Assembly: GCA_021782795.1 (NCBI GenBank)
Contig: JAJXUP010000001.1
Location: forward strand, 1-44,221
Source: Pseudomonadota bacterium
GTDB taxonomy: Bacteria > Pseudomonadota > Gammaproteobacteria > Burkholderiales > Sulfuriferulaceae
DNA: 44,221 nt
Direction of reading: 5' to 3'
Both the position numbers and the translations under genes were made by a program. Positions 41,666-44,221 of the stretch are shown here, piece by piece (the stretch's first letter is position 1; each line of letters opens with the position of its first letter). The notes beneath the pieces are model-generated. The model did not search any database. It saw nothing but the letters and a program-made list of their open reading frames with translations, and was not told the DNA's origin.

Positions 41666-42568
41666 ATGAAACTGGCACTGGGACCCGTACTGTATTATTG
41701 GCCGCGCGAGCAGTTGCAGCAGTTTTACGCGGCAATGGCGCAAGCGCCGCTGGATATTGTCTATCTGGGCGAAACCGTATGTTCGCGCCGCCACAGTTTC
41801 CGCCTGCCCGACTGGCTGGAAACCGCTGCCCGGTTGCGCGATGCGGGCAAGGAAGTCGTACTGTCGACGCAGGTGCTGATCGAATCCGAATCCGACCTCA
41901 AGACGCTACGCAACATTGCCGGCAATGGCGAATTCATGGTCGAAGCCAACGAGATGGGTGCAGTGCGCCTGATGAGCGGCACGGAAGGGTTCGTCGCCGG
42001 AACCCACCTCAATGTCTACAACAGCCAGACGCTGAAACAGCTGGCGGCACTGGGTGCGCGGCGCTGGGTAGCGCCGGTCGAGGCCTCGATGGACATGCTG
42101 CAGACGATCTGTGCCGCGCAGCCGCAAGGGATGCAGACGGAGGTGTTTGTCTGGGGACGCATGCCGCTGGCGTATTCGGCACGCTGCTTTACCGCGCGTG
42201 CACACAATCTGCCCAAGGATGACTGCCAGTTCCGCTGTATGGATTATCCGGACGGACTGGACATGAGCACGCGCGACGACCAAGCCTTTCTCGTGCTCAA
42301 TGGCATCCAGACACAGTCTTCGCGTGTATGCAATCTGATCTCCGAGCTCGATGCCATGCGCAGCCTGGGGGTGGATGTGCTGCGCATCAGCCCGCAGAGC
42401 CGGAACACGGGCGAGATCGTTGCCGTGATCCGTGAGGCGGTCGAGGGGGGCATCACCCCGGTTGCTGCGGCAGCCCGGCTGGATCGTCTGGGCGAGATGG
42501 AAAGCTGCAACGGCTACTGGCACGACCGCCCGGGCATGGACCAGACACAGCGGGCAGGTCTCCCGTGA
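41666..42568 (+). CDS. ubiV: O2-independent ubiquinone biosynthesis protein UbiV (U32 family)
   Basis: [61 protein letters not shown]. Confidence 0.93.
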   Translation: MKLALGPVLYYWPREQLQQFYAAMAQAPLDIVYLGETVCSRRHSFRLPDWLETAARLRDAGKEVVLSTQVLIESESDLKTLRNIAGNGEFMVEANEMGAVRLMSGTEGFVAGTHLNVYNSQTLKQLAALGARRWVAPVEASMDMLQTICAAQPQGMQTEVFVWGRMPLAYSARCFTARAHNLPKDDCQFRCMDYPDGLDMSTRDDQAFLVLNGIQTQSSRVCNLISELDAMRSLGVDVLRISPQSRNTGEIVAVIREAVEGGITPVAAAARLDRLGEMESCNGYWHDRPGMDQTQRAGLP

Positions 42569-44181
42569 ACGTAACCGAAAGACCCGTAGTGACCGGATGT
42601 GTGGCGCTGTGTGATAGCGGGCTGCAGTCCGGAGCCATCAATTTTGCGCGCGATCGTCATGATTGGGCGCGTCATGCGTGCGGTGAACTCGGCGATCAGT
42701 TGCGCTTCCATCGCAGTCTGCCGACTGCAGCCATCGGCCGATACCAGGTGATTGACCGTGAACTGCGTATTGAGCATTGCGAGCAGGCCGGCATCGCCAT
42801 GGTGCGGCGCTGTAGCGGCGGCGGGGCGCTGTACCTCGATCCTGACCAGCTGTGCTGGTCGTTGCTGCTGCACCAGCCACCGGGCTGGGAGTCGGTGGGT
42901 CAAGCCCAGCTGCTGGCGCTGTTTGCCAGTGCACTCGCCGCCGGGTTGCAGCATCTGGGTGCGGATGCGCATTACAAATATCCGAATGATGTGGAAATTG
43001 GCGGGCGCAAGCTCGCTTCATTGTTCATTGGGCGTAATGGAAGTTCGCTGCTGGTGCAGGGGGTGATCCTCCTCGATGCCAATATCCGTACCATGCTTGA
43101 GGTATTACGCGCACCGACGGAAAAACTGTCCCGCGACGGACTGTCGGCTGCGCGCGAGCGGCTGATCACCCTGCGCCAATGTCTCGGTGAGGACATCGAT
43201 GTCCAGCGGGTGCGTTCGGTTGTGGTGCAAGGGCTGGCGACGTTGCTCGGACGGAATTTTGGCGGCATGACTGCCGATGCCGGCGAGCGGCGTCTGCCGC
43301 CGCAGTGGCAGTCGGTCGAAACGGAAGAATTGTGGCGGCTCGACTGGCGCACCATCCAGACAGGTGGCATGGAATCGCTGTGGAAAACCGCTGGTGGTAC
43401 ATTGCGCGTTCGTGCTCGCGAGAATGCGGCCGGCCAGCTGGACGGAGTCGAACTGGCTGGCGATATCCATATCGAGCCTGCCGGCTGGCTGCCGGGGCTG
43501 CAGGATGCGCTGCAGGCGACGACGCCTGACGCAGCGCCGGCGGTGGCGCTTGCCTATGCCCGGCGCCATGTTGCCGACATGCCCGGGTTCGGCGCTGAAG
43601 ACATCGCGCGACTGCTGGCAATTCTGGCAGATAAACGCCGGTTGCAACGGGAAATCGGGCTGGACAACGCGCAAACGAACGCGCTGATGCTGTATACCCC
43701 CCGGGGACAGGCGCCGGGCGAGATTCTCGGCCACGCGACGGTGATGCTGGTGCCCTATTGCGCAAAACCGGCGTGGTGCAAGTGGCGTATGCGCGACGGG
43801 TGCCCGGAATGCGGCCTGTGCGAAGTCGGCGAGGCTTACCGGCTGGCGCGCGAGCGTGGTATGCAGGTCACCACCATCATGAATTACGAACATCTGGAAC
43901 GGACGCTGGGTGACATGAAAGCACGCGGTGTGCCGGCCTACATCGGCATGTGCTGCAGCAGCTTTTTCATCAAGCGTCACCGGGCCTTTCAGCAGGCAGG
44001 GTTGCCGGCCATGCTGATGGACATCAGCGGCTCGAACTGTTACGAGCTCAAGCAGGAAGAGCTGGCGTATGCCGGCAAATTCGAGGCGCAGGCTACGCTC
44101 GACGTGGACGCCCTGCGCAAGGTGATCCGACTGGTACCGGTCGCCAGCCCAGTTACATGTGAGTCGTCAGGAGTCGAATGA
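42565..44181 (+). CDS. Lipoate-protein ligase-like domain fused to a Cys-rich DUF116-like domain
   Basis: [29 protein letters not shown]; LplA C-terminal-like KTAGG.LRV...GDI; then PYCAKPAWC...CPECGLC...GMCC...SNCY. GTGA overlap with ubiV. Confidence 0.82.
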   Translation: MNVTERPVVTGCVALCDSGLQSGAINFARDRHDWARHACGELGDQLRFHRSLPTAAIGRYQVIDRELRIEHCEQAGIAMVRRCSGGGALYLDPDQLCWSLLLHQPPGWESVGQAQLLALFASALAAGLQHLGADAHYKYPNDVEIGGRKLASLFIGRNGSSLLVQGVILLDANIRTMLEVLRAPTEKLSRDGLSAARERLITLRQCLGEDIDVQRVRSVVVQGLATLLGRNFGGMTADAGERRLPPQWQSVETEELWRLDWRTIQTGGMESLWKTAGGTLRVRARENAAGQLDGVELAGDIHIEPAGWLPGLQDALQATTPDAAPAVALAYARRHVADMPGFGAEDIARLLAILADKRRLQREIGLDNAQTNALMLYTPRGQAPGEILGHATVMLVPYCAKPAWCKWRMRDGCPECGLCEVGEAYRLARERGMQVTTIMNYEHLERTLGDMKARGVPAYIGMCCSSFFIKRHRAFQQAGLPAMLMDISGSNCYELKQEELAYAGKFEAQATLDVDALRKVIRLVPVASPVTCESSGVE

Positions 44182-44221
44182 TGTCTGTTTCTTCGCGTTT
44201 GCAATCCCGAGTTCCGTTTGC
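44178..44221 (+). CDS. Probable start of the next operon gene (3' truncated by the window edge)
   Basis: ATGA overlap with the upstream stop, AGGAG just upstream, open to the window end ([14 protein letters not shown]...). Confidence 0.45.
   Translation, partial: MMSVSSRLQSRVPF

Overview
GC-rich chromosomal window that looks betaproteobacterial (inferred from gene content). In order it carries: the end of a tol-pal locus (tolA 3' end, tolB, pal, cpoB) with queE-queC; a convergent manC-gmd-rmd GDP-D-rhamnose module; yjgA/pmbA; TRAP small and large permeases with no binding protein; a polyprenyl-phospho-D-arabinofuranose donor module (UbiA-type phosphoribosyltransferase, GtrA, DprE1-like, DprE2-like); a secreted esterase; panD; tRNA-Asp and tRNA-Glu; mscL and an MFS transporter; a ~17 kb signalling region (HDOD protein, two cytoplasmic HisKA_3 kinases, a NarL-type regulator, and an F8-like che operon with an embedded PAS-GGDEF-EAL gene); an old yellow enzyme; an uncharacterised three-gene operon (two 2OG-Fe(II) dioxygenases plus a chorismatase-fold protein); and, divergent from it, ubiU-ubiV followed by a lipoate-ligase/Cys-rich (DUF116-like) fusion. 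The best candidates for undescribed biology are (i) the dioxygenase-dioxygenase-chorismatase operon facing ubiUV and the LplA fusion, and (ii) a chemosensory system whose CheA carries a tandem MshEN-type c-di-GMP-binding motif, whose first receptor-like protein carries a CheZ-like DxxxQ motif, and which is preceded by a duplicated ~60 bp three-box promoter element. I saw no CRISPR array, integrase or transposase. All calls come from reading motifs by eye; no searches were run.
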